NCBI RefSeq assembly: GCF_006345805.1
Contig: NC_043007.1
Location: 24,552,001 to 24,616,000, forward strand
Source of the DNA: Octopus sinensis
Taxonomy: Eukaryota
Length of the DNA: 64,000 nt
Direction of reading: 5' to 3'
Position 1 is the stretch's first letter. Every line of letters starts with the position of its first letter. The notes under the pieces are model-generated. The model was given only the letters and a program-made list of their open reading frames with translations, was not told the origin of the DNA and made no database searches. Both the position numbers and the translations under genes were made by a program. Shown here piece by piece: positions 63,141 to 64,000 of the stretch.

Positions 63141-64000
63141 GGAGGAGAGAAACAAAAGCTGCGGGGCCTTATAAATTGCCGGGGTTTAAAACTTCGGTAA
63201 GATCGAAAGGTTATGAAATGTTATAAGATTCTATTGGTCACGTAAAGGACAATTTATAGACGAATTTTTTAATCCAAATGTTATGGAAAATTTTAAATCG
63301 AACCTCTTAATTATTTGTTTTGCATGTATGTCTGTATTTGTACTTCTATGTACGAGTATATCGTAATAAAGAAATTCCTTATTATTGCTTTCCTCCTGGC
63401 TATAACACACGAACTACGAACCGCAGGATGATGAATAATATCAGAAGTCATATTTAAGTTCACGACCTGTCCCTCTTTCATTTTTTTGCAATATTATTAT
63501 CACCATCAAGCCTTATTATTGTGTCCCCCATATATTATCGTTATCCTTCGTCTCAAATGCTAGCTGAAGCCATATAACTTTCGCTCACAAAAACTTATTC
63601 ACACGACCGCAAAAAAAACATCTCGTCTCAAATCTGTCTTTCTGTCGCTTAATTCTCTAACCCATCTTTCCCAACTTCCACTCATAGAAAATTATGCACA
63701 CGACCGCAAACCTTTCCATCTCAAATCTTGCCTTTCTTACTGCCGCCTAAATCTCTTCTTCTCCCAGTGCGCAGTGCGCCCGCCTCCCACCAGTACCGGA
63801 AGTCCTTATCTCACCTTGCCTTCCTTTGCTTTTCTCCATGAACACCTAAAGGCCTTAAACCAATACCACCCTTCTATATATGGTGGTGACCATACGGCGC
63901 AAAACATGTTAGTGCAGTGTAACAGGTTGAACTTAAGTTCATTGCTTTGCTTATGAATTCTGCCAAATGCGAGTTTTCTTCTTCTTTTCAGTACATGACG

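Larger units (their letters stand above)
58108..63376 (+). mobile_element. Full-length Tx1/L1-clade non-LTR retrotransposon, frameshifted
   Basis: Exact 16-bp TSD ccttattattgctttc (58092-58107 and 63377-63392); ORF1 with CCHC knuckle; ORF2 with APE and RT; AATAAA near the 3' end with no long poly(A). Confidence 0.92.

Noticed and set aside
63424-63470. C/D box snoRNA (ATGATGA between cagg and cctg)
   Set aside because: No CTGA D box and too short
63970-64000. Plus-strand splice acceptor 'ttttcttcttcttttcag|' as the start of an exon
   Set aside because: Only 9 nt follow within the window, so it cannot be evaluated

Overview
An AT-rich, microsatellite-saturated eukaryotic window that is almost entirely transposable elements. 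The SINE families match those I recognise from Octopus (coleoid cephalopod); the taxon is inferred, not database-checked. No intact, recognisable host gene is present, and most six-frame ORFs are microsatellite artefacts. Supported content: one full-length but frameshifted Tx1/L1-clade LINE with an exact 16-bp TSD (58108-63376); a Penelope-like GIY-YIG remnant; two R4/Dong RLE remnants; two CR1-type 3' ends; four Tc1/mariner remnants; hAT and piggyBac MITEs; two Helitrons; and dozens of SINEs from about five families. The most notable unannotated signal is a set of at least eight hammerhead-ribozyme motifs. Several sit in non-coding fold-back (inverted) elements next to (TA)n tracts; in all five orientable cases the 3' ends point outward, consistent with non-autonomous Penelope-derived, ribozyme-bearing retroelements that mimic MITEs. 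Secondary leads: the Tx1 LINE inserted 30 bp downstream of a TATA box inside a ~620-bp repeated unit; nested retroelements in (ATT)n tracts; and a possible phase-compatible exon chain on the minus strand.
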